64,000 nucleotides of DNA from Candidatus Latescibacterota bacterium (GCA_965261395.1 OZ253462.1:1152001-1216000); one strand, 5' to 3'; counted from the stretch's first letter, positions 27,867 through 37,598 are shown. The notes: generated from the sequence alone by a model not told the origin. Program-made: numbers and translations.

Positions 27867-29538
27867 ATCGAAGTACGCGGTATATTGGTTGTGGCTCCTC
27901 TTTTTCTGGAGCTGCGGTACACCCACCGAGGACTTGGTGGTGGCCCGAGTCGGCGAGGTGGAAATCGACGCCCCCCAATTGCTGGAATTTGAAGAAAGGC
28001 TACACCCCGATCTGCGGAGCAAAAAGACGGGTGCTGACGCCTATTTCGACTACCTGCAAACTATGATCGATAAGGAGCTCATGGTCCTAGAGGCCAAAAA
28101 GCGGGGCCTCGATCAGCGTGCCGACTTCCGCCGCAGGATGGACAAATTGCATAGCGACCGCGTCTTGCGCCGCTTTTTGCAGCTAGAGGTGTACGACAAG
28201 ATCGTCCACACGCAAGAAGAACTGCTGGCCCATCAACGAGAGACGGGCCGCGACCGCGCCGTGCAGGTGCGGCGCATCGTAGTTGCCACAATACAAGGGG
28301 CGCGAGAAGTCAAGGCGGCCTTGGAGGGCGGTGACTACTTCGATACATGGGCCAGCCGCAACCTGCTCGACGCGACTCAGCTAGAGGGAGGTCGCTACCT
28401 GATCAAGGACGAGCTGTACCCACGCATCTTGCAGGAGAAGGTCTTTCCGCTGGCACCGGGCCAGTTTTCGGAGCCGGTGCTCTTCAACGACCAATTCGGC
28501 GTGTACGAGGTAACAGCCGAAGTGCCGGTCAAGCTCTCGGTCGTGCAGTCGGTAATCGAGGCCGAACTGCTCAAGGAGAAGCTGCCGCCGGCCGTGCAGG
28601 CGCTGTCGGCCCGCTTGCGGCAGGAACTCGACTTTGTGGTTCACGCCGAGGCCTTGGAGCGCGTGCGCGGCCGCATCGGGCAGGGTGCCAAAGCGTTTTC
28701 TGCGGAGGAGCTTGAGCAGCCTATCTACGAGCACGAGAGCGGCGTCTTTACCATCGGCGATTTGCTCGATTTCGCCCGCGAGCTAGGCGTCGGCTTCCCA
28801 GAGGACGCGCCCGAGCAGTTCGACTGGTTCGTCCATGACATCGTCGAGCCGCGCGCGCTGCTTTTGGCCGGCGCGTATACGGCGGGCGTTGACCGCGAAG
28901 AGGGCGTGGTCGCTTGGTTCCAAAAGCGGCAGCTATCAAACCTGCTGGTGGCCATGCGCCGGGACGTGGTTGATGGTGTCTTCGCTAGCCGCGAAGAAGC
29001 TCGCGCGTTCTACGACCGCCACTTAGACCTCTTCCGCCCCCTCGAATCGATCGGTGTGCAGGAAGTTTTGCTCCGCACCGAGGAGGAGGCACTGGCGCTG
29101 CGCGAGGAAGTGGAGCGCGGCGGCGACTTAGGCGCGCTGGCTGCCGAGCACACCCTGCGCCGGCGCGGCAAAGCCCAGCAGGGCGAGTTCCACTTGCATC
29201 CTTGGGAGAAGCAACAGTTCGTCCCCCTCTTTGAGGCGGCACAAGGGCAAAAAATCGGCGCACTCATCGGCCCTATCGCCGTGGAGGTCACTGCTGCCGA
29301 AGTGCTAAGCCCTGAGCCGGTCAGCGGCCCGTATTACGCCATTTTCCGATTGCTTGATTCGACGATCAACGCCGCACCGAGGCCCTTCGAGCAGGCCGAG
29401 CGCCGCGCTCGGGCGCTGGTGCGCCGCCAAAAGCAGGAGCGGCTCTTTGGGCAATTCATCATCCAATTGCGCCACCAATACGCAGCGCAAATCGAGGTCT
29501 TCCGCGCGCAGGTGGAGGCCCTCGTCCGCAACACATGA
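27859..29538 (+). CDS. PpiC/parvulin-type peptidyl-prolyl isomerase lipoprotein (SurA/PrsA-like)
   Basis: FFWSC lipobox; VVARVG, MIDKELMVLEAKKRGL, two rotamase-like segments (VRRIVV...PGQFSEPV; VQEVLL...ALAAEH...IGPI). Confidence 0.8.
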   Translation: MIRSKYAVYWLWLLFFWSCGTPTEDLVVARVGEVEIDAPQLLEFEERLHPDLRSKKTGADAYFDYLQTMIDKELMVLEAKKRGLDQRADFRRRMDKLHSDRVLRRFLQLEVYDKIVHTQEELLAHQRETGRDRAVQVRRIVVATIQGAREVKAALEGGDYFDTWASRNLLDATQLEGGRYLIKDELYPRILQEKVFPLAPGQFSEPVLFNDQFGVYEVTAEVPVKLSVVQSVIEAELLKEKLPPAVQALSARLRQELDFVVHAEALERVRGRIGQGAKAFSAEELEQPIYEHESGVFTIGDLLDFARELGVGFPEDAPEQFDWFVHDIVEPRALLLAGAYTAGVDREEGVVAWFQKRQLSNLLVAMRRDVVDGVFASREEARAFYDRHLDLFRPLESIGVQEVLLRTEEEALALREEVERGGDLGALAAEHTLRRRGKAQQGEFHLHPWEKQQFVPLFEAAQGQKIGALIGPIAVEVTAAEVLSPEPVSGPYYAIFRLLDSTINAAPRPFEQAERRARALVRRQKQERLFGQFIIQLRHQYAAQIEVFRAQVEALVRNT

Positions 29539-29548
29539 GGAGGCTAAA

Positions 29549-31447
29549 ATGGTAAGAGTCGAAGGGAACATACCGTTTGTCGAGCCGCCCCAATGGGCCG
29601 TTCTCGAGCGCAGCCTAATCGACCTGATGAACGCCTCTGTCCATCCGCTCATGGAGCGCTACGTGCGCCCAGACGGCTCGGTGCTGTGGCCGACCACAGA
29701 GGACTTTAGCAGCATCGACGGTCTGGACGACGCGTACGAGAGCTTCCACAATTGGCCGCTTTTTTACTTGATGGGCGGCGGCGAGCACATGCTCGAATAT
29801 TCCCACCGCACTTGGGAGGGCATCACCCGGCAGTTCACCCGCTACGACAGCGGCCACGGCCATCCCATGGTCGTCAAAGAATACGAGCAAGGGTACGATT
29901 GGATGCACCAAGGCGAGGGGTACTTGTTTTTCTATTTGCTATGCCTCGCCGACCCAACGCACAGAAAAAACGTCGAGCGCGCCAAGCGCTATGCGGGCTT
30001 TTATCTCAACGAAGATCCAGAGGCCCCCAATTACGACGCGGAGAAGAGGCTCATCCGCTGCGCCCACAACGGCAGTATGGGGCCGGCACACCGCAACTTT
30101 GAAAAGCACTACACGGCCTATCGCTACGCTGGGTGGAAACCTTGGCCCTTGCCCTTTCACGACGTTCCCGGCATTGAGACGGTCGAGGATTTGCAAAAGC
30201 CGGGCATGGAAGAGAAGATGGGCCAAACCCTCGTCGAGCGGATGAGTCGCGGCGATGTGGCCTGCAACCTCGCGGTGACCAGCATGGTGACCAACGCCTA
30301 TCTGTGCAGCGGCGACGACAAATACCGATCTTGGGTCGAGGAATACACCAACGCTTGGATCGAGCGCACTCGGCAAAACAACGGCATCCTGCCCGACAAC
30401 ATTGGCCTTTCGGGGCAGATCGGCGAATACATCGACGGCAAGTGGTACGGCGGCTATTACGGCTGGACTTGGCCGCACGGCTGGCACCACCTGAGCGACG
30501 CCTGCATTGCGGCCGCGGAAAACGCGACCTTGCTCTCCGGCGACTTGCGCTACATGGACTTTCCGCGCTCGCAAATCGACGTGCTGATGCAGCAGGGGGA
30601 AGTGAGGGGACAAACGCTACACGCGCCGCACTTCTACCACGACAAAGGCTGGGACGGCTACAGCCCCATGCAGGCCCATCCCACGACGCACCTCTGGTGC
30701 ATGAGCATGCAGCAAGAGGACCTAGCGCGGCTCAAACAGCAGCGCAACCACGACAGCGATAACTGGCGGCAGGTAGGGTCGCACTCTTCCAAGCACGGCG
30801 GCGGTCACGAAGCCGCTTGGACTGCATATCTCGAAGGCGAATACCCGGAGTACCCGGTGGACATCCTGCGGCACAACCACGCGCAAGTATATCAGCGCTT
30901 GGCCTTTATGCGCGACGACCAGCAAGATCCTGCCACCTACAGCGACGCGTATCTACAGGTGCGCAACCCCATCACCGTTGAGGGCTTGGTGCAACTGACG
31001 ATGGGTGCCCCGCTCTTCATGTACAACGGCGGCCTGCTCATGGCCCGCCTGCGCTATTTCGACCCGCAGCGCCGCCGGCCGGGCTTGCCGTCAGACGTGG
31101 CCGCCTTGGTGGAATCGCTCGCAGACGAGCGGGCCGTCCTGCACTTGGTCAACCTGCACCCGACGCAAGAGCGCGAGGTCTTGATACAGGCTGGCGCTTT
31201 TGGCGAGCATAGCTTCACCCGCGTTGCCTACCAGCAGCGCCGACCCATCTCGGCTGAAGAAGCCGGCGCTGGACACTCGCACGCCACCCAATATCAGCAG
31301 ACCGTTCAGGGGCAGCTAGAGGACAAAACAGCCGCCGTACAGGGCCGCCACTTCACCGTCTGCCTCCAAGCTGGCGCGGCGATTCGGCTCGACTTGGGGA
31401 TGGAGCGCTTCGTCAATAAGCCCTCGTACGCCCTGCCGTGGAATTAG
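29549..31447 (+). CDS. Conserved hypothetical cytoplasmic protein, possibly an (alpha/alpha)-toroid carbohydrate-active enzyme
   Basis: RBS GAGGAGG before MVRVEG; DDAYESFHNWP, DWMHQGEG, WYGGYYGWTWPHG, RYFDP..RRPGLP. Fold is a guess. Confidence 0.65.
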   Translation: MVRVEGNIPFVEPPQWAVLERSLIDLMNASVHPLMERYVRPDGSVLWPTTEDFSSIDGLDDAYESFHNWPLFYLMGGGEHMLEYSHRTWEGITRQFTRYDSGHGHPMVVKEYEQGYDWMHQGEGYLFFYLLCLADPTHRKNVERAKRYAGFYLNEDPEAPNYDAEKRLIRCAHNGSMGPAHRNFEKHYTAYRYAGWKPWPLPFHDVPGIETVEDLQKPGMEEKMGQTLVERMSRGDVACNLAVTSMVTNAYLCSGDDKYRSWVEEYTNAWIERTRQNNGILPDNIGLSGQIGEYIDGKWYGGYYGWTWPHGWHHLSDACIAAAENATLLSGDLRYMDFPRSQIDVLMQQGEVRGQTLHAPHFYHDKGWDGYSPMQAHPTTHLWCMSMQQEDLARLKQQRNHDSDNWRQVGSHSSKHGGGHEAAWTAYLEGEYPEYPVDILRHNHAQVYQRLAFMRDDQQDPATYSDAYLQVRNPITVEGLVQLTMGAPLFMYNGGLLMARLRYFDPQRRRPGLPSDVAALVESLADERAVLHLVNLHPTQEREVLIQAGAFGEHSFTRVAYQQRRPISAEEAGAGHSHATQYQQTVQGQLEDKTAAVQGRHFTVCLQAGAAIRLDLGMERFVNKPSYALPWN

Positions 31448-31455
31448 GAGGCGAC

Positions 31456-32232
31456 ATGCACAACCGCATTAAGGACCAATTCGCCGCTGGCAAGCCCGCT
31501 TTCGGTACCCAACTCCGCTTTGGCTCTCCGGCCATTGCCGAACTCTTCGGCCACTCGGGCTTTGACTTTCTCGTCATCGACTCGGAACACGCGCCGCAAA
31601 CCCCCACCGGCATCCAGGCGCAATTGCAGGCCATTGGCAATACCCCGGCCACGCCCATCGTCCGCCTGCCACGCATCGACGAGGAGCAGATCCGCCTCTA
31701 CCTCGACATGGGTGCGCTGGGCATCCTCGCCCCGTTTGTAAACACCGCCGCTCAAGCCGCAGAAGGCGCTCGCGCCTGCCGCTATCCTCCGACTGGCATT
31801 CGCGGTTTCGGACCGCATCGGGCCGCTCAGTACGGATTGCGCACCGACGAGTACTTTGCGGAGATAAATGACTTGGTGGTATTCATCGCGCTGATTGAGA
31901 CAGCCGAAGCGGTCGCCAATATCGACGAGATTCTCGCCGTCGATGGCGTCGATACGTTTGTCATCGGCCCGGTCGATCTGTCCATTTCGCTGGGGGTGCC
32001 CTTCGACTACGAGGGGTCCGTCTTCCAAGACGCTCAGGCCCAGCTCGCCGCAGCCGCTCGCCGCGCTGGCAAGCCCGCTGGTATTGGGGTCTATCGCCCG
32101 GCCAGCGACCCGCAAGCACTCCAACGCGCCATGGACGACGGCTTTTCGCTGATTCTCGCTGGCGGCGACGAGCCGTTTCTCGCGGCTGGCTGCCAACAGA
32201 TGGCGCGCGTCCGCGCCGATTTGGGATACTAA
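31456..32232 (+). CDS. HpcH/HpaI aldolase family
   Basis: FDFLVIDSEH, RYPPTGIRG, LIET, IGPVDLS. Confidence 0.9.
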   Translation: MHNRIKDQFAAGKPAFGTQLRFGSPAIAELFGHSGFDFLVIDSEHAPQTPTGIQAQLQAIGNTPATPIVRLPRIDEEQIRLYLDMGALGILAPFVNTAAQAAEGARACRYPPTGIRGFGPHRAAQYGLRTDEYFAEINDLVVFIALIETAEAVANIDEILAVDGVDTFVIGPVDLSISLGVPFDYEGSVFQDAQAQLAAAARRAGKPAGIGVYRPASDPQALQRAMDDGFSLILAGGDEPFLAAGCQQMARVRADLGY

Positions 32233-32235
32233 TTC

Positions 32236-33225
32236 ATGCGTCGGCTTGAAGTTCTATTCTTGCCCCATCCGGTCGCTGCGATCGCCACACCTTGGACGAC
32301 CGACGTGATCGAGGCCGTACGTGTCCACCACAATCTCCGCATCTTCGACCGCACTCAGCCGGCCGCACCTCAAATGGCGGGCATTGAAGCCATCGTCGAT
32401 TTAGGAGGCAATATCAGCGCGGACCTGCTGGCCGCTGCGGACGCCGCGGGCGTCAAATTTCTCCAGGTCCAGACCACCGGCCTCGACCACGTCGATGTCG
32501 AAGGGATTCTCAATACCGGGTTGCTGCTCGCCCATTGCCCCGGGCAGCTCAGCAGCGTGGCGTTGGCTCAGAGTGCGATGATGTTCATCCTCATGCACGC
32601 CCACCGCTATGGAGAGGCGCGACGGAACTTTGACGCTGGCAGGCTGTACGTGCCTACGGGTGTCGAACTGGAGGGCCTGACGCTCGGCCTGATCGGCTTT
32701 GGCGCGAGTGCCCAAGATTTGGCGCGCCGGGCCAAGCCCTTCGGCCTGCGGATCTTGGCCATCGACATTCGCCCCATTGAAGAGGAAATCCTCGCCGAGA
32801 TCCAACCCGAGTTTCTCGGCGGCCCCGAGGACGTCGACCGCGTGGTGGCCGAGAGCGACTACCTGTCGCTGCACCTGCACTTGACGCCGGAAACCCGGCA
32901 CACTATTGACGCACGGCGCATCGGCCTGATGAAGGAAACCGCTTGCTTGATCAACGTGGCCCGAGGTGCGCTCGTCGATGAGGACGCCCTGTACCGGGCG
33001 CTTGTGGACGGTCGCTTAGGCGGGGCCGGGCTCGATGTCTTCGCTCAGGAGCCACCCGACGCTACGGCCCCTGTTTTCCAATTGCCCAATGTGTTTGCCA
33101 TGCCCCACACCGCCGGTTCGACCGACGGCACCTCGCGCAAGCGGGCGCGGCTGGCCGCCGACAACCTCGACCGCTACGCGCGGGGCGAGGCGCTCGTGGG
33201 GCAAATCACGTCTAGGTTTATCTGA
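32236..33225 (+). CDS. D-isomer-specific 2-hydroxyacid dehydrogenase
   Basis: GLIGFG, INVARG, GAGLDVFAQEP, PHTAG. Confidence 0.9.
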   Translation: MRRLEVLFLPHPVAAIATPWTTDVIEAVRVHHNLRIFDRTQPAAPQMAGIEAIVDLGGNISADLLAAADAAGVKFLQVQTTGLDHVDVEGILNTGLLLAHCPGQLSSVALAQSAMMFILMHAHRYGEARRNFDAGRLYVPTGVELEGLTLGLIGFGASAQDLARRAKPFGLRILAIDIRPIEEEILAEIQPEFLGGPEDVDRVVAESDYLSLHLHLTPETRHTIDARRIGLMKETACLINVARGALVDEDALYRALVDGRLGGAGLDVFAQEPPDATAPVFQLPNVFAMPHTAGSTDGTSRKRARLAADNLDRYARGEALVGQITSRFI

Positions 33226-33244
33226 AATCAGGAGATACCTCGCA

Positions 33245-33928
33245 GTGAACACGCTTATCACAGGTGCCAGTTCTGGCATTGGCGAGACTATCGCGCGGCG
33301 GCTAGCGGCGGCCGGGCACCGAGTTGCGCTGATGGCGCGGCGGGCGGAGCGGGTGCAGGCTCTCGCCGCCGAGTTGGACGGCGCAGTAGCGGTGCCGGGC
33401 GATGTGGGGATTGTTGCGGATTGCGAAGCCTCGGTGCGCGGGGCAGTGGAGGCGTTTGGTGGTCTCGACGCGCTGGTCAATGCGGCCGGCACTTGGGTGG
33501 AGGAGCCGCTTGCCGAGGTCAGCTACGAGGACCTGCGCGCCTTTGTCGATACGGATGTAAGCGGCGCGTTGCAGATCACGCGCGCCGCCCTGCCGATGCT
33601 GATGCAAAGCGGCGGGCGGATACTACATATCAATGGCTTGCAGGGGCTGATCCGCGCTCGGCCGCCGGTGCTCTATGCGGCAGTTGAGTCCGCGGTGCGC
33701 GGGCTATGCGAGAGTCTGCGCTGGGAGGTAGCAGCGCAGGGCGTCCACGTCGGCTTAATCACCCTAGGCTCGGTGGCTAGCCCCGAGCCGTTGCCGTTGC
33801 ACGAGGGCGGCTGGCGTTGTCGCCTGAGCCGCGACGAAGTCGCCGACGCTGCGTGCTTTGTGCTGGCGCAGCCGCGCGGGGTCAATGTCGATGAGCTGGT
33901 GCTGACGCCGCTGGGACAGCAGTGGTGA
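33245..33928 (+). CDS. SDR-family oxidoreductase with atypical catalytic motif
   Basis: GTG start after AGGAG; ITGASSGIG, LVNAAG; YAAVE in place of YxxxK. Confidence 0.8.
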   Translation: MNTLITGASSGIGETIARRLAAAGHRVALMARRAERVQALAAELDGAVAVPGDVGIVADCEASVRGAVEAFGGLDALVNAAGTWVEEPLAEVSYEDLRAFVDTDVSGALQITRAALPMLMQSGGRILHINGLQGLIRARPPVLYAAVESAVRGLCESLRWEVAAQGVHVGLITLGSVASPEPLPLHEGGWRCRLSRDEVADAACFVLAQPRGVNVDELVLTPLGQQW

Positions 33929-34942
33929 TCAAGCCGCGACGGGCGTGGGCAATTCCGGCACGTATTCGTAGTCTGGCTCGGCTTTTTGCCGCTCGAGGAT
34001 GTCAGCGATCTCCGTCCATGCCTCGTACAGCCCCCGCGGACAGTGCGGCAGATCGTTCTTGATCGTCGCGTGTAGCTTGCCGAGCCGGTAGCACGGCACC
34101 GCGGCGTACATGTGGTGTTCGATGTGGTAGTTCATGTGCCAGTAGAGGAAGCGGAAGAACGGGTTCAAGATGACTGTGCGGGTGCAGAGCCGAAAATCCG
34201 GCACGTCGTCCTGCAAGCCGATGTGCTGGGTGTTGTTGCACAAGAACAGCAACCAGCCGCCGTAAAAAGGCGCGAGCGTAATGAGCACTGGCACCAGCCA
34301 CAGGCCGAAGTACAAGGATACCGCCACGATTAAGGCGTGCCCCACCAGCAAGAAGCGATCCCAGCGAATGAGCCGTCGCCGCTTGTCTGGGTCCGACTCG
34401 GGGAAGAGCGCCAGCTCCCATTCGCCTTCTAATTTCCCGAATGCCCGCCGCGCAGTCGTCTTGTAGCGGCCGTACAAGCCCCATGGATTTACAATGGCAC
34501 TCTTGAGAAAATCCACCAATCGCAATCGGGTCGGTAGAACCACTTCGAGATCGTCGGGCGGGTGCAGGGCGTACTTGTGGTGCTCGGCGTGACTGGTCCA
34601 AAAATGGATGTGGTTGTACCCGCCGAAAAAGCTGAACACGCGCAGGAAGAAGTAGTTGAGGAACTTGCTCTTGAAGACCGTGGAGTGACACAATTCGTGG
34701 AAGCCGTTCAGCAAGAAGGCGTAGAACGTGCCGTGGAAGAAGAGGATCAGCAGCAACCACGGCAGGGCCAAGTGCTCCGCCGCGTACCAAGCCCCCGCGC
34801 CCGTCGCCGCCAGCAGCCCCAGATGCCCCAGCGTTTGTAGCAGGCCCCAAAAGTCGCTGCGCTGGTTGAGCGCGTTGAGCGTCTCGCGCGGCAAGGGACA
34901 GCGATACCAGTTTATTTTGCGCTGGTTTTTTGTCATTTCCAT
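33929..34942 (-). CDS. Fatty-acid-desaturase-superfamily membrane di-iron oxygenase (MocD-like)
   Basis: His boxes HELCH, HAEHH, QH and HIEHH; several TM segments. Confidence 0.85.
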   Translation of the reverse strand: MEMTKNQRKINWYRCPLPRETLNALNQRSDFWGLLQTLGHLGLLAATGAGAWYAAEHLALPWLLLILFFHGTFYAFLLNGFHELCHSTVFKSKFLNYFFLRVFSFFGGYNHIHFWTSHAEHHKYALHPPDDLEVVLPTRLRLVDFLKSAIVNPWGLYGRYKTTARRAFGKLEGEWELALFPESDPDKRRRLIRWDRFLLVGHALIVAVSLYFGLWLVPVLITLAPFYGGWLLFLCNNTQHIGLQDDVPDFRLCTRTVILNPFFRFLYWHMNYHIEHHMYAAVPCYRLGKLHATIKNDLPHCPRGLYEAWTEIADILERQKAEPDYEYVPELPTPVAA

Positions 34943-35035
34943 GTCGTAGTCCTCCGCTAGAAGAAAGCCTGCCTTACTGTCGCAACTTGGCGCTGGCCGG
35001 GCAAGTTATATCCATCATCCAAACTCGAGTCCGCG

Positions 35036-35773
35036 CTACAAGTGCCCCTTCCTTATATCCTCGACGATGCGGACCAGTATCTCGACCGCGGCGCTGATGA
35101 AGCGCTCTCCCTTTTCGGCGGACCCAAAGGTGGGGTCGCCGTAGGTGCCTTGGTCGGTCGATTGGTGGATCCACCGGTAGCGGGCGACTTGGCCGGCGCG
35201 CTCGGACTGCGGCGGGTGGCCGTCCTTTTGCAGGCGATCTGCTTTGACCCACTCGGGATGCAAGGCCATCATCACCGAGGTTTCCATCTCGCCCGCGTGC
35301 CCCCAGCCATGAGGTCCCGCTTCCCTGATCTGGCCGAGCTCGTCATAGGCAAACCAAGAGGTTCCATAGATTCTCGCGTCGGGGCACTTCTCCATCAGGC
35401 GCTGGAGGGCGACGTTCATATTGGGAACATTCCCGCCGTGACCGTTGACGATGGCGATCTTGTCGAAGTCGGCGTGGACCATGCTGCTTACGGTATCGAC
35501 GATCATGTTGATGTGGGTCTCTGATTGGGCTGTTATCGTGCCTTTAAAGCGCAAGTGGTGCGGGGAATAGCCCAGCCACTGCGCCGGGAGACAGAGAACC
35601 TGATCGGGAATCTCCGCGTCGAGGCGATCGACGATAGCCGCAACCTCAGCGGTGTCCGTTATAAACGGCAGATGCGGCCCGTGCTGCTCAAATGCCGCGA
35701 TGGGATATACTACTACCGTGTCGTCTCTGGACACCTGCTCTAGGTCGGGCCAAGTGAGTTCAGCTAGTTTCAC
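35036..35773 (-). CDS. Creatininase/creatinine amidohydrolase family
   Basis: Start VKLAELTW at 35773; EQHGPHLP..TD, NGHGGN, HAGEMETS. Confidence 0.9.
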   Translation of the reverse strand: MKLAELTWPDLEQVSRDDTVVVYPIAAFEQHGPHLPFITDTAEVAAIVDRLDAEIPDQVLCLPAQWLGYSPHHLRFKGTITAQSETHINMIVDTVSSMVHADFDKIAIVNGHGGNVPNMNVALQRLMEKCPDARIYGTSWFAYDELGQIREAGPHGWGHAGEMETSVMMALHPEWVKADRLQKDGHPPQSERAGQVARYRWIHQSTDQGTYGDPTFGSAEKGERFISAAVEILVRIVEDIRKGHL

Positions 35774-35775
35774 GA

Positions 35776-36651
35776 TTAGTCCCCCCAGCGGTTTGGATTG
35801 ATGCCCGGCGCGTCGCGCTGCATGCCTTGGGGCTTGTGTACCTGTTTCCAATCCTTGCCGGAAGTGTTGCGGCTTTGGAGGAAAGGTTTGGCCACGGCCG
35901 GCGCGTTTTCCACCCATTCCGAGTCCCAATCCTCCATCGGCTGAACCGGTCCCGCCCAAGCTGGCCGATAGCCGAACTGGATCAGTTCCCGAGGGGCCAA
36001 ATCCTTGTTGGGATGGGTGCCGTGGAAGAGGAGGGCGGGTATCATGACGACCGAACCAGCCTTGGCACAGAGCGTGATCTCCTGCGGATGCGAGACATAG
36101 CGCACGTACGGATTGGCTTGGGCGTGAAACGAGAGATGAGAGCGCGGGATGAGCCGGAAGGGCGCGCGCTCGGGCGGCAGGTCGTCGAGGTAGTAGAGCA
36201 CCCGCAAAAGGCGCGGCGAAGAGCCTTCGAAGCCAAAGATCGACGAGCCGAATGGCTGGCCGTCGGTGTGCATTGAAATGCCCGGTGAGCCGGAGAGGGT
36301 GCGGGTAAAAAGCCCGTGCGTGAAGACGATGTCCGGCCCCATGAGCGCTTTGAGGAATTCCGCGATTGGCGGATAGCCGATCAGCTCGGCCACCATCCGG
36401 CTCGCGCACTGGGGTTCGTGGTGGAAGGTTTGGGCCTCGCTGTAGTCCTTGTGCCCCATCGGCAGGTCTTGCAACTCGGCTTTCAGCGCCGCAATGTGCT
36501 CGGCGTCGAGCACATCCGGCAGGAGCACATAGCCCTCCATTTCGAGATGGCGGATCTGCTGGCTCAGGGAGAAAGCGGCAAAATCGGTCTCCTCGACCGC
36601 CATAAAGCCGATTTCTTCTTTGGGATCAATTTTTACCGTGGTGGCCTCCAT
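35776..36651 (-). CDS. PhyH-family Fe(II)/2OG dioxygenase
   Basis: Start MEATT after AAGGAG; EGYVLL, HTD, IPRSH, FHGT. Confidence 0.85.
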   Translation of the reverse strand: MEATTVKIDPKEEIGFMAVEETDFAAFSLSQQIRHLEMEGYVLLPDVLDAEHIAALKAELQDLPMGHKDYSEAQTFHHEPQCASRMVAELIGYPPIAEFLKALMGPDIVFTHGLFTRTLSGSPGISMHTDGQPFGSSIFGFEGSSPRLLRVLYYLDDLPPERAPFRLIPRSHLSFHAQANPYVRYVSHPQEITLCAKAGSVVMIPALLFHGTHPNKDLAPRELIQFGYRPAWAGPVQPMEDWDSEWVENAPAVAKPFLQSRNTSGKDWKQVHKPQGMQRDAPGINPNRWGD

Positions 36652-36715
36652 GCTGTTCTCCTTTGCTAGGCGCTGCCCGTTACGATGACTGGCGGGCGGC
36701 GATAAGGGCACGCCC

Positions 36716-37378
36716 TTACTTGCGCGATTCTCGCCACTTGGCGAGGGAAAAGTCGTCCGAATCGTACAATGCAAAAATCTTCGCTTCTTTGGCCCGCACT
36801 TCTGCTGCCAATTCCAACACTTCCTCGGCGTGCTCCAGCGGAATGCGCACGCAGCCGTCGCCATCGCCAAAGATCAGGTCCCCCGGCCGAATCCGCACCG
36901 ACCCTACGGTAATCGGCGCGTTGACTCGCGTCGCGTTAAAAGCTCCGTGCCCTGGCACCATCCCCCAAGCGAAGATCGGCAGCCCGACCCGGCGGATTCC
37001 CTCCAAGTCGCGCACCGTTCCATCGACAAGGGCCCCCACCGCACCTAGCCGCTGGTGTAGCCGCGCCATGCCGTCGCCAAAACTGGCCCCGCGTCCAGGG
37101 CGCGAGTCCACGTCCTTCATCACCGCGAATACGGGTCCCTCCATGGCGTCGATTGCTTCGTAGTAATCCTCCCAAGGTGCTACTACGGAATCTGGATCGT
37201 TGGTCGTTACTTCCGCGGTCACCGCATAGCCGATGATCGGCCCCAATTCCGGCAGCAGATAGCGGATCCGGTAGTCGGTGTACTCTTCGTTGGGCAGGCC
37301 GCATTTTAACACGATGGCGTTAAAAATCGTCGGCGAGTCGAATTCCTTAAAAGCGTCTAGTACTTCAGGTTTGACCAT
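36716..37378 (-). CDS. RraA/HMG aldolase family
   Basis: GYAVT, FGDGMA, DGTVRD, PGDLIFGDGDG. Confidence 0.9.
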   Translation of the reverse strand: MVKPEVLDAFKEFDSPTIFNAIVLKCGLPNEEYTDYRIRYLLPELGPIIGYAVTAEVTTNDPDSVVAPWEDYYEAIDAMEGPVFAVMKDVDSRPGRGASFGDGMARLHQRLGAVGALVDGTVRDLEGIRRVGLPIFAWGMVPGHGAFNATRVNAPITVGSVRIRPGDLIFGDGDGCVRIPLEHAEEVLELAAEVRAKEAKIFALYDSDDFSLAKWRESRK

Positions 37379-37598
37379 AAAAGATTTGCTCCTTTGGAAA
37401 AATATGGGTCTGGCAGTCTATGCGCATGGGCTTGTTGGGATGTAATTGAAGGGAATAGAGCATATTCGCACGGCGGCTGTCAATCCGCCTGCATCGGCAC
37501 CGGCGCGTTGGCCTCTGCCCAAGACTGGATTGACGCCTGCCCAAGACCTATACTTTGCGCTGTCCTAACGACCACTTACCCAACCGGAGGCCCATCCT

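Noticed and set aside
35774-36409. N-terminal extension of the 457-aa ORF 35036..36409
   Set aside because: It overlaps the PhyH gene in another frame; creatininase homology begins at 35773. Similar over-extended starts at 19929, 29354, 33035, 38995, 45074, 51942 and 53731 were trimmed.
37515-37554. Sigma70 promoter TTGACG...TATACT and an 11-bp direct repeat CTGCCCAAGAC (37515, 37537)
   Set aside because: The spacer is only 13 bp; the repeat may be a regulator site, but two copies in GC-rich DNA are too weak to call.
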